Positions 52,899 to 64,000 of a DNA stretch of 64,000 nt are shown here, in pieces. The position numbers were made by a program, and so were the translations under genes. Under the pieces are notes generated by a model. It was given only the letters and a program-made list of their open reading frames with translations. It was not told the origin of the DNA and searched no databases. Source of the DNA: Eledone cirrhosa (lineage: Eukaryota); the NCBI GenBank assembly GCA_964016885.1, contig OZ024754.1:30442001-30506000 (forward strand). The letters run 5' to 3'. Within the stretch, counting starts at the first letter, position 1. Every line of letters starts with the position of its first letter.

Positions 52899-53462
52899 GT
52901 GACGTGGTTGCCTAAACACTGTATGGCGTAATTCGAGCTGTTTGTTTGTTTACAAACAAACAAACCGAGCATTATAATAAATGTTCGGTAAACCGATACG
53001 TGCATATATATATGTGTGCATGTATGTATATATATACATACTACTGTACGTCTGTATACATATATGTATGTACGTATACATACATACTTACATATATATA
53101 TATATATATATATATACACAGTTCAAGAGTAACCAATCTTAAAGAGAGAGATGGAGATAGGAGAGGAGAAGAGAGATTGGTGAATTAGTTAGAAAAGACA
53201 GCGTGTATATGTGAAGGTATGTATATTTCCTCTGATAATTTGTAATATTTTTACATAGATCTATATGATATACATACCAACACACATATACATCCTAGAA
53301 ACGATCGTAAAATGATGAATTTTTAATATAAGGAACTTGTTCTTTGTTTTTATTTCATTGTTTTTATTAATTTATCTTGACTCTGTTTTCTTATGATTTT
53401 CATGATTACATTGAGTTCTTCATACGGATTGGACACTACCGTATATTTTGGTAGATTTATCT

Positions 53463-53509
<47 letters not shown>

Positions 53510-53631
53510 TAGAAGGGATATTTAATTTGTTGGAAATACAACAAATATTTATAACTGATTCAGAGCATTCGACAGATTTCTGGAGTAAATATTCATTGAT
53601 TAAATGGAAACTATATTTATGAAACCATATT

Positions 53632-53692
53632 TATTCAATTATATATATTTCAAGGGTACCAACATTTTGGTACGCTATCATCAGATAAAATA
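53632..53692 (-). ncRNA. Minimal type I hammerhead ribozyme, slightly decayed
   Basis: Minus strand TATTTTAT-CTGATGA-TAGCGTACCAA aatg TTGGTACCCTT-GAAA-T-ATAT-A-TA-ATTGAATA; 7 of 8 stem I positions pair. Confidence 0.72.
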
Positions 53693-53752
53693 CAAAAAGT
53701 TTTATAAATATTTGACATGACTAAGGATAATATACCTTAACGGTTCAAGTTA

Positions 53753-54406
53753 TCCCTTTCCATAATATCTGTCTGTATGCCTGACTGTCTGCATTACGTC
53801 ACTTCCCTGAGTATGTCTGTCTATGAGTTTGAATCCCGAAAACTCGAGAAGTACCCAACTGATTTTTTCAAACTTTACATGTGTATAACTTATGTTTCAG
53901 GGAGTGTTATGCACATAAAAAAAATTCGACTTTTTTATCCATTAGGTGAAAAACTGCATTTTTTCAGGTTTTTAGGTTTTTTTTTTTTTGAGGTGTTATG
54001 TCAGCCTGATTTCCTTGAAATTGTAACTATGTATTAGTCAGTCTCTTCTTCATACCGCGAGCAAAGAAAATCCAAATTTTTTATGGCCTAGAGCCCGCAT
54101 TAGGTGAAAAACTTCATATTTTCAGCTTTTTTGAGGCGTTATGTCTAGCCGATTTTCCCGAAATTTCAAGGCATATTATGTACATAAAAAAAATTCATTT
54201 TCTTGATCCCCTAGGACCCGTATTAGGTGAAAACCTGCATTTTTCCTGTTTCATCGAGGAAAATCTTAAAGATTATCCAGTCATCAGAGTATTCGGTTTA
54301 TTTTCTTTACATATTGTCCAGGCATGCAGTTTTTCCACGATTAGGTCTGTTGGCGGCCCACGTTCCAAAATACCTTATCCCGTGCAACGCCTGGTACCAC
54401 TGCTAG
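53753..54406 (+). mobile_element. Probable non-autonomous Helitron
   Basis: A|TC 5' start, nearby (CTGT)-like microsatellite, three internal ATTAGGTGAAAA repeats, degenerate 3' hairpin CCCGTGCAACGCCTGG and CTAG|T terminus. Confidence 0.55.
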
Positions 54407-54436
54407 TTATATATATGTATGTGTGTATATATATAT

Positions 54437-55048
54437 GGATCAGATGCTGTTTACTTGAGAGAAGACTATGTTGGTATGGCCATGTGATGCGCATGAAAGA
54501 CGACAGCTGTATAAAAAAGTGCAGGGTGATCAAAATTGATGGTAGTTACGGAGTAGGTAGACCCAGAAAAACCTGGGACGATTTGATAAATTCTGACCTT
54601 ACACACTTACACCTCTCTAAGACAATGTCACTGGACCGAGATCTTTGGCATCACGCAGTAATACAGAAGACCCGCCTTGCTTATGTACAAAGCGAAACCT
54701 GCAGTCAGTAGGCACCTCCTAACCAAATATACACCCCAATCCACTACCCCTACCCTATCCCCCCACTCCCACAACAAAGTAAAGTTGGTACCAGAACATC
54801 CAGTAAAATTGTGTAGGTGTCACGCTGTAATGTGGCCGTGTAGGTAACACGGTAAAAAGTTCCCAGTTCCACACTGTAAATGTCGTTGGTGTTAGGAAGG
54901 GCATCCAGCCGTAGAAAACCTGCAAGATAGTCCTATATGAGTGAGACACGGTCACCCGACCAGCCTTGCCTCAAGTGGGACAACTCCCGTTTAACCCATG
55001 CTAGCATGGAAGATAGACGTTAAACGAAGATGATGATGGTGATGATGA
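54437..55048 (+). mobile_element. 3' fragment of an RTE LINE, same subfamily as 49200-51206, including its 3' UTR
   Basis: IRCCLLERRLCWYGHVMRMKDDSCIKKC..GRPRKTWDDLINSDL, nearly identical to ORF 49707..50144; collinear UTR and (TGA)n tail. Confidence 0.92.
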
Positions 55049-55115
55049 TATATGTATATGTATATACATATATATATATATATATATTAGTAAAATAACA
55101 GATTAAAGTTTAAGC

Positions 55116-55178
<63 letters not shown>

Positions 55179-55278
55179 GAGGTTATATTTAAATTGTTTG
55201 GATTCAACAAGCTTAAACATTTTTATAACTGATATAAAGCACTCAACAGAGTAATGGAGTAAATAATATATATATATA

Positions 55279-55340
<62 letters not shown>

Positions 55341-55599
55341 TAGAGAAAATATAATGTTATGTGAAGGAATGGAAGAGAGAGAGAGAGAGCGGGTAGGAGA
55401 AGGCGAATATAGGTGATCTGTATAGGGAGTAGTAGTAAGAGGGGTGGTGTCAGATACAGTAATATAGGTAGTAGATCTAGTAGTGAGTGAGGGAGAAAAG
55501 CAGAGAGAGAGAGACTGTGTGTGAGAGTGAGAGGGAATTAGATGTAAAAATATTGATACATTTAAAGAGAGAGGAAATGACTGAGGTTCATGGAAAGGA

Positions 55600-55717
55600 C
55601 AGAGAGAGAGAGAAAGAGAGAGTATAAGAGAGACATACATAGAAAATACTGTAATGGAGAGAGAGAGATAGAGAGACAGAAAGTATAAGGGAGACATACA
55701 TAGAAAATACTGTAATG

Positions 55718-55757
<40 letters not shown>

Positions 55758-56136
55758 AAGAGAGAAAGTATAAGAGAGACATACATAGAAAATACTGTAA
55801 TGGAGAGAGAGAGAGGGTGAGAGTATAAGAGAGACATACATAGAAAATACTGTAATGGAGAGAGAGAGAGGGGGGAGTATAAGAGAGACATACATAGAAA
55901 ATACTGTAATGGAGAGAGAGAGAGGGGGGAGTATAAGAGAGACATACATAGAAAATACTGTAATGGGGAGAGAGAGAGAGAGAGAGTAAGTATAAGAGAG
56001 ACATACATAGAAAATACTGTAATGGAGAGAGAGAGAGGGGGGGAGTATAAGAGAGACATACATAGAAAATACTGTAATGGGGAGAGAGAGAGAGAGAGAG
56101 AGTAAGTATAAGAGAGACATACATAGAAAATACTGT

Positions 56137-56181
<45 letters not shown>

Positions 56182-56211
56182 TATAAGAGAGACATACATA
56201 GAAAATACTGT

Positions 56212-56264
<53 letters not shown>

Positions 56265-56302
56265 TATAAGAGTGACATACATAGAAAATACTGTAATGGA
56301 GA

Positions 56303-56344
<42 letters not shown>

Positions 56345-56377
56345 AAGTATAAGAGAGACATACATAGAAAATACTGT

Positions 56378-56414
<37 letters not shown>

Positions 56415-56515
56415 TATAAGGGAGACATACATAGAAAATACTGTAATGGAGAGAGAGAGAGTGAGAGAGAGAGAGAGAGAGAAAGTATAAGGGAGACATA
56501 CATAGAAAATACTGT

Positions 56516-56550
<35 letters not shown>
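55600..56550. repeat. Compound minisatellite: constant core of about 36 bp separated by variable (GA)n, about 16 units
   Basis: Core AGTATAAGAGAGACATACATAGAAAATACTGTAATG. Confidence 0.92.
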
Positions 56551-56553
<3 letters not shown>

Positions 56554-56595
56554 AGCAGTACAGAAGGGAGAAATAGAGACAGAATGAGGAAAAGA

Positions 56596-56659
<64 letters not shown>

Positions 56660-56764
56660 TAGAAATTAGTGAATTGGAGAAAGAGAGAAGAGAACTGAAG
56701 ATGTGAAAGATAGAGAGAGGCTGTCGTGGAGAAAGATAGGGAGAGGGAGAGAGGGAGAGATAGA

Positions 56765-57412
56765 GAGAGGGAGAGAGAAAGATGGAAGGAGAGAGAGATG
56801 GAGAGAGAGAGAGGGAGAGAGAAAGATGGAAGGAGAGAGAGATGGAGAGAGAGAGAGGGAGAGAGAAAGATGGAAGGAGAGAGAAATGGAGAGAGAGAGG
56901 GAGAGAGAAAGATGGAAGGAGAGAGAAATGGAGAGAGAGAGAGAGAGGGAGAGAGAAAGATGGAAGGAGAGAGAAATGGAGAGAGAGAGAGAGGGAGAGA
57001 GAAAGATGGAAGGAGAGAGAGATGGAGAGAGAGAGAGGGAGAGAGAAAGATGGAAGAAGAGAGAAATGGAGAGAGAGAGAGAGGGAGAGAGAAAGATGGA
57101 AGGAGAGAGAGATGGAGAGAGAGAGAGAAAGATGGAAGGAGAGAGAAATGGAGAGAGAGAGAGGGAGAGAGAAAGATGGAAGGAGAGAGAAATGGAGAGA
57201 GAGAGAGGGAGAGAGAAAGATGGAAGGAGAGAGAAATGGAGAGAGAGATGGAGAGAGAGAAAGATGGAAGGAGAGAGAAATGGAGAGAGAGAGAGGGAGA
57301 GAGAAAGATGGAAGGAGAGAGAGATGGAGAGAGAGAGAGAGGGAGAGAGAAAGATGGAAGGAGAGAGAGATGGAGAGAGAGGGAGAGAGAAAGATGGAAG
57401 GAGAGAGAGAGA
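56765..57412. repeat. Purine-rich minisatellite GGGAGAGAGAAAGATGGAAGGAGAGAGA(A/G)ATG(GA)n
   Basis: Directly visible. Confidence 0.9.
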
Positions 57413-57487
57413 GTGTGTGAAATGGAGAGAAAGATATACATAGAAAACATTCCAATGGAAAGAGAGAAAGTGAAAAATACAGACAAT

Positions 57488-57538
<51 letters not shown>

Positions 57539-58132
57539 GTATATAGAGAAGACTGAGAGGGAGAAAGAGAGTGAAACAGATAAAAGAGAGAAAGACTGAT
57601 AGAGAGAGAGTGTGTGTGTGTGTATGAGAGAGTGTGTGTGTGAGAGAGAGAGAGAGAGTGTATGAGACAGTGTGTCTGTGAGAGAGAGCGTGTGTATGTA
57701 TGAGAGTGAGAGAGTGTGTGTATATGAGAGAGGGAGAGTGTATGAGAGAGAGAGAGTGTGTGAGAGTGAGAGAGCATGTGAGAGTGAGAGAGAGAGAGAG
57801 TGTATATGAGAGAGAGAGAGAGTGGGTGGAGAAGTGATCCAGGAACCGTTAGCAGTCCAACAAGTGGTAGGGGAACAACTGATCTGAGGAACAAACATGG
57901 AGAGGACAATACAATAACTTCTTTACACAGCGAGAGAGGGAGAGAGATAGAGAGAGAGAGGGGGGGGGGGGGGAGAGAGAGAGAGAGGAGAGAGACGTCT
58001 CTGAAGGATATAAGTTTATATCTCTTCATCATCATCATCATCATCCTATCAATATGAACAACAATCTCAGCAAATATGCACAAATGTATGCATATATGCA
58101 TATATTTGTACATATATATATATATGTGTATA

Positions 58133-58195
<63 letters not shown>

Positions 58196-58330
58196 TCATA
58201 TGATATTTGTATATAATTTTGCATACACATACACACTGTATGAAGAAAGCAACACCAACAACTGGAAAGGTAAATAATATTGTCTATATATACATACATA
58301 CACGCACACACACACACACTCACACACACA

Positions 58331-58380
<50 letters not shown>

Positions 58381-58407
58381 ATATATATATATATATAATA
58401 AAATAAT

Positions 58408-58540
58408 TATGGTTTTATAAATATAGTTTCCATTTATTAATATATTGAATATTTACTCCACTAATCTGTTGAGTGCTTTATATCAGTTATAAATATTTTT
58501 AAGCTTGTTGAATCCCAACAAATTAAATATAACCTCTGCA
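58408..58540. mobile_element. AT-rich dispersed repeat; other copies at 48861-48975, 53509-53630 and 55176-55265
   Basis: Shared AATATAGTTTCCATTTA, TGTTGAGTGCT.TATATCAGTTATAAA and CAACAAATTAAATATAAC.TCTGC. The 53509 copy adjoins a hammerhead, suggesting a Penelope-like origin. Confidence 0.6.
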
Positions 58541-58864
58541 TATATACATATATATATATATGTATACTTTTATTCTGTTACTGTCATTAGAACTGTGGCC
58601 ATGTTGGGGCACCTTGATTTTTAAATATGATTTAATTACTTGTTATATATTGTTTTGATAATATCAACAGAATATAAATCTCTCACCTCAAAGCTCATCA
58701 AAATAACCCCCCCCCCCACAAACAATATAAAATGGTGGCAGGTATTTTAATATTTTTTAATTATTTTTATTGTTTAATTTGTTGTTAATTTTTAATTTAT
58801 TTATTTTTTTTGCATGGTTCATTTTTATTTAAAATCTATTTCATTTTAAACCTTATTTAAATTC

Positions 58865-61800
58865 TGTTTGTTTGTGCATGTGCATGAATTTGTGAGGCTG
58901 TGTGTGTGTCTGTGTGCACGCCTGCACGTGTGTGTGTATAACTGTGAGCGAGCGTGCATGTGCACGAGTGTGCATGTGCATGTGCACGAGTGTGCATGTG
59001 CATTTATGTGTACCTGCGTTTGTGTATGGTATGTGAGTGTGTGTGTGTGTATCTATATGTATATTTGGGCGTGTGAGGATGCATGTGTGAGTGTGTGCAT
59101 GCATGTGTGTGTATGTGTGTGTGTGTGTGTGTATAGATATCACTGTGTGAGCATGTATGCGTGTGCATGAGTATGCATGTGTGTTTCTGTGTATATGTGT
59201 TTGTGTATGGTATGTGAGTGTGGTTCTGTTCATTTGAGTGAGTGTGTATCTATATACACATATGAGTGTGTGAGGATGCATGTGTGTGTGTGTGTTGTGC
59301 ATCTATGTGTAAGTGATGCATGTGTGTGTGCATGCGTGTGTGTGTGCATATCTAGCAGGTATTGTGCTGTACAAGATATTGACGAACCCCTGTCCATGAC
59401 CCAGTTCTAAAATCAGCTGGATCCCTAATAATACTTGTCCCCCTCCCCCTCCATCGTTAAAGGGTTAATAATCTTGTCTGATTGTTTATCTCTTTGAATT
59501 AGGGGCTGTATGTTTAATTACTACGGCTGTGTGTGTGTGTATCTGTGTGTCTGTCTGTATATGTACATCTGTGTATACTTGTGTGAGTGTTTGTATGTGT
59601 ATATATGTATGTGTATGCCTGTATATATGTGTGGGTGTATATTTGTGTGTGTGTTTGTCTGTGTATATATATATATGTATATGTATGACTGTGTATATGT
59701 GTGTGATTGTCTGTCTGTGTATATATGTATACGTATGCCTGTGTATATATGTATACGTATGCCTGTGTATATATGTATACGTATGCCTGTGTATATGTGT
59801 GTGTTTGTCTGTGTATATATGTATAGGTATACCTGTGTATATGTGTGTGTGTTTATCTGTGTATGTATGTATAAGTACATATGTGTATGTTTGTGTGTGT
59901 GTTTGTGTATATATATATATATATATATATATGCCTATGTATATGTGTGTGTATATGTCTGTGTCTGTCCTTGTGTGTATATATCTATATCTGTGTATAT
60001 TTGTGTGTGCCTGTTCCTGTGTATATATATATATAAATATATCTGTGTATATGTGTGTGTATATGTCTGTGTGCCTATTCCTGTATGTATATATCTGTGT
60101 ATGTTTGTGTGTATGTATATGTATGTATATGTGCGTCTGTGTGTATTTGTGTGTATATATTTGTGTGTGTTTTTGTCTGTGTATGTATATGTACGTCTGT
60201 GTATATTTGTGTGTATATATTTGTGTGTGTGTTTGTCTGTATATGTATATGTATGCCTGTGTATATGTGTGTGTATGTGTCTGTGTGTTTGCCCTTGTAT
60301 GTATTTATATGTACACCTGTGTATATGTGTGTGTATATATTTGTGTCTGTGTGTTTGTCTGTGTATGTATATGTGCGTCTGTATATATCATCATCATCAT
60401 CATCTTCGTTTAACGTCCATTAAACGAAGATGATGATGATGATGATGATGATGATATGTGTGTGTGTGTATATATTTGTGTGTGTGTGTCTGTGTATGTA
60501 TATGTACACCTGAGTATATCTTGTGTGTATCTGCGTTTGTATGTGTATGTATGTATATGATCACCTGTGTCTATATAGGTGTGTGTGTGTGTTTATATGT
60601 ATGTCTCAGTGTCTGTGTGTTTTTATGCATCTGTACATGAGTGTATGTGTGTGTGTCTGCCAGTGTGTGTTTCTATGTGTCTTTGTGTGTGTGTATGTAT
60701 GTGTGTTTGTGTTTGGGTTGTGAGTCTGTGTTGTATGTATGTGTACATGCTTGTATCTGTGTGTTTTTGTGTCTGTGTACTTGTATATCTGTGTATGGCT
60801 GTATAGGTGTTTGCCTGTGTGTCTATGTGTGTGTATGTCTGTCTCTCTCTTTTCGTATGTGTGTGTGTATGTGTGTGTCTCTCTCTTTCCGTATGTGTGT
60901 GTGTATGTATGACTGCTTATGTGTGTGTGTTCCTGTATATGTGTTTATGTCTGTGTATGTGTGTACGTCTGGTATGTGGTATATATATGCATAAAAGCCT
61001 GTGTCTGTGTGTATGTCCGTATCCGTGTCTGTGTGTATATGTGTCTGTATTTATATGTGTGTGTATATATGTGTCTGTGTGTATATGTGTATGTGTCTTT
61101 GTGTATATGTGTCTGTGTCTGTGTCTGTGTGTATGTGTCTGTGAGTATATGTATATGTGTATGTCTGTATATGTGTCTGTGTGTATGTGTCTGTGAGTAT
61201 ATGTATATGTGTATGTGTGTATATGTGTATGTGTCTATGTGTATATATATGTATGAATGCGTATGTGTCTGTGTATATGTGTCTGTGTGTATATATGCGG
61301 ATGTATATGTGTCTGTGTGTATATATGTGTTTGTATGTGTATGTGTCTGTGTGTATATATGTGTATATATGTGTATGTGTCTGTGTGTATATATGTGTAT
61401 GTATGTATATGTGTCTGTGTGTATATATGTGTATGCGTATGTATGTGTATGTCTGTGTATATATGTGTATGTATGTATATGTGTCTGTGTGTATATATGT
61501 GTATGTGTGTGTGTATATGTGCAGCAGTTTGTCAGTGCAGTTGTCAGCAGAATGTATTTATGACCCGATTCCAATTGTTGGAATATCAAGGAGGAGGTAC
61601 TGTGGTGCATTACCTTGCTACTAACCTACCTATCTTTCTTACCTGGCTGTTTTACCTGTGTCTATTACCTGGCTTTGGTACCTGGCTTTGGTACCTGGCT
61701 TGTAGTACTTTGGTACCTGGCTTGTGGTACTTTGGTACCTGGCTTGTGGTACTTTGGTACCTGACTTGTGGTACTTTGGTACCTGGCTCGTGGTACTTTG

Positions 61801-62305
61801 GTACCTGACTTGTGGTACTTTGGTACCTGGCTCGTGGTACTTTGGTACCTGGCTTGTGGTACTTTGGTACCTGGCTTGTGGTACTTTGGTACCTGGCTTG
61901 TGGTACTTTGGTACCTGGCTTGTGGTACTCATCCACAAGTGTTTGTGGATGTAGAGATGTCTATATCTGTGTCTACATGTATGTGTATGTCTTTGTGCTT
62001 GTCTGTATGTGTGTATGTATGTATGTGAGTGTATGTATGTGAGTGCATGAGTGTATGTATGTATGTGTATGTATGTGAGTGTATGTGAGTGTAAGTGTCT
62101 GTATGCGTGTTTGTGAGTGCATGTGTATGTGAGCATGTGTATGTATGCGAGTGTATGTGTGTGTATGTGAATGCATGTGTATGTATGTGAGTGTATGCAT
62201 ATGCATGCATGTTTGTGAGTGCATGTGTGTGTATGTGAGTGTATGTGTATGTGTCTATGTGTGTTTATGAATGCATGTGTATGTATGTGAGTGTATATGT
62301 ATGAA
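58865..62305. repeat. Degenerate (TG/TA)n low-complexity tract
   Basis: Directly visible; source of the C/V/Y/M-rich spurious ORFs. Confidence 0.9.
61665..61929. repeat. 22-bp minisatellite, about 11 units, preceded by 13-bp units
   Basis: Unit GGTACCTGGCTTGTGGTACTTT; upstream TACCTGGCTTTGG twice. Confidence 0.92.
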
Positions 62306-62571
62306 AGGTTATAATTTTGTCCAAATTATATTTTTGTCCCCTAATATGTAAAGATAACACTGAAATGTGCAAATGCAAAGAATTCTATATTATTTTCTCT
62401 CATAGCAGTGCCCCAGCGTGGTCGCAGTCTAACGACCGAAACAAGTACGGTGATAATATAGTAAAATGCTCATTTATTACTATATAGTTTTAGTTGTAAA
62501 TATATATCTATGTTGTGAAAAATATTCCTTCCTCTCCACTGTGACACGAAAATATCCCCTAGCTCCTTCTC

Positions 62572-62725
62572 ATCATCATCATCATCATCATCATCATTTT
62601 ACGTCCGCTTTTCCCTGCTTGCAAGGGTGGGACGAGAACTGATTCTGGCTTGATTTCTACAGCTGGATGCCCTTCCTAACACCAACCTCATTTACAGTGA
62701 GTGCTGGGTGCTTTTTTGCCGTGGC
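62572..62725 (-). mobile_element. 3' part of the RTE-tailed SINE-like element
   Basis: Near-exact reverse complement of 12545-12688. Confidence 0.8.
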
Positions 62726-62769
62726 ACCTCCACGACCACTTTGCAGTGGAATGATAGGGACCCCAGTCC

Positions 62770-62920
62770 CTATCATCTCATTTCTACAGTTGAGTAAACT
62801 GGAGCAATGTGAAATAAAGAGTCTTGCTCAAGGAAACAACACATCACCTGGTCTGAGAATTGAACTCACAACCTTTCGATTGCAAGGACTATGCTCTAAC
62901 CACTAAGCCATGTGCCTCCA
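62770..62920 (-). mobile_element. Head and core of a tRNA-derived SINE
   Basis: Minus strand GGAGGCACATGGCTTAGTGGTTAGAGCA (A box)...GAGTTCAATTCTC (B box)...TCCTTGAGCAAGAC..TTTCACATTGCTCCAGT. Confidence 0.72.
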
Positions 62921-63602
62921 TCTGTATTATGGAAATGTGTCTCCAACCCATAGTGTATTGGGGCACATATATACAAACATACATACAAACATACATATAT
63001 ACATACAAATCATACTTACATAAATACATATATACATATATACATATATACATAGATACATATAAATATGTATATACATACATACATAAATACATACATA
63101 TATACATAAATGCATATATATACATACACACAAATCATACATACATATATACAAACATACATATATACATACAAATCATACTTACAAAAATACATATATA
63201 CATATATATATACATACATACATAAATACATAGATATATACATAAATGCATATATACATACACACAAATCATACATACATATATACATACAAATCATACT
63301 TACGAAAATACATATATACATATATATATACATACATAAATACATACATATATACATAAATGCATATATACATACACACAAATCATACATATATACAAAA
63401 ATACATATATACATACATACATAAATACATAAATACATATATACATATATACATAAATACATAAATACATATATACATACATATATAATTGTAAGCGACT
63501 ATTCTGAGTTCTTAACTCAATATATATATACATACATACATAAATACATATATACATACATAAATACGTATATAGATAAATGTATATATACATACATAAA
63601 TA

Positions 63603-63703
63603 TTTTCCTGACGTTTGTACATAACCCTATGTACTATATATACACCTTTTGATGAGTTGTAGTGCACCTGAGCACTGTACACAATATTTCATTATTATTA
63701 TTA
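63603..63703 (+). mobile_element. CR1 LINE 3'-terminal fragment
   Basis: TTTGATGAGTTGTAGTGCACCTGAGCACTGTACACAATA..TTTC(ATT)n matches 16783-16830. Confidence 0.85.
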
Positions 63704-63880
63704 TAAATATATATATACATACATTCATACATAAATACATATATACATATATACATGCATAAATACATATATACATACATAAGTATACATGCATAAATAC
63801 ATACATACATACATACATACATACATAAGTATACATACTTTGATGTAGCATTAATAACCAGGCAATATATATGGTGCATA

Positions 63881-63957
63881 TACAGGGTGTCCCCCAAAAA
63901 TGTAAACACACTTCAACAGCATTCAAAGTGTGTATATATTTTTTGGGACACCCTGTA
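63881..63957. mobile_element. Very small Tc1/mariner-type MITE with TA target duplication
   Basis: TA-CAGGGTGTCCC...GGGACACCCTG-TA, imperfectly palindromic throughout. Confidence 0.78.
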
Positions 63958-64000
63958 TATGTGTGTGTACATATATATATATATATATATAAATATATAT

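Noticed and set aside
55600-56550. CRISPR-like repeat-spacer pattern
   Set aside because: The spacers are only (GA)n of varying length, not unique sequence.
62855-62920. tRNA gene
   Set aside because: A and B boxes are present but there is no complete cloverleaf, and the sequence continues into a SINE core.

Overview
Repeat-saturated, AT-rich animal genomic DNA. The SINE and LINE families and the microsatellite load suggest a cephalopod such as Octopus, but this is inferred only from repeat content. No host protein-coding gene is recognisable, and almost all long ORFs in the track are artefacts of stop-free repeats. Two large satellites dominate: a 48-bp array (1-11697, about 243 units) and a 40-bp array (24489-34660, about 254 units). 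The rest is minisatellites, microsatellites and decayed transposons (RTE, CR1 and Tx1/L1 LINEs, Tc1/mariner, TTAA and TA MITEs, a probable non-autonomous Helitron, several SINEs). Three observations stand out. (1) Five near-intact and several decayed minimal type I hammerhead ribozymes of the Penelope/retrozyme kind occur in short AT-rich inserts, some next to inverted repeats. (2) Two separate tandem arrays arose in place from the ORF C-terminal region of RTE LINEs. (3) The 40-bp satellite unit is quasi-palindromic, has no length variants, and carries hammerhead-like boxes in the right order, although it lacks features needed for cleavage.
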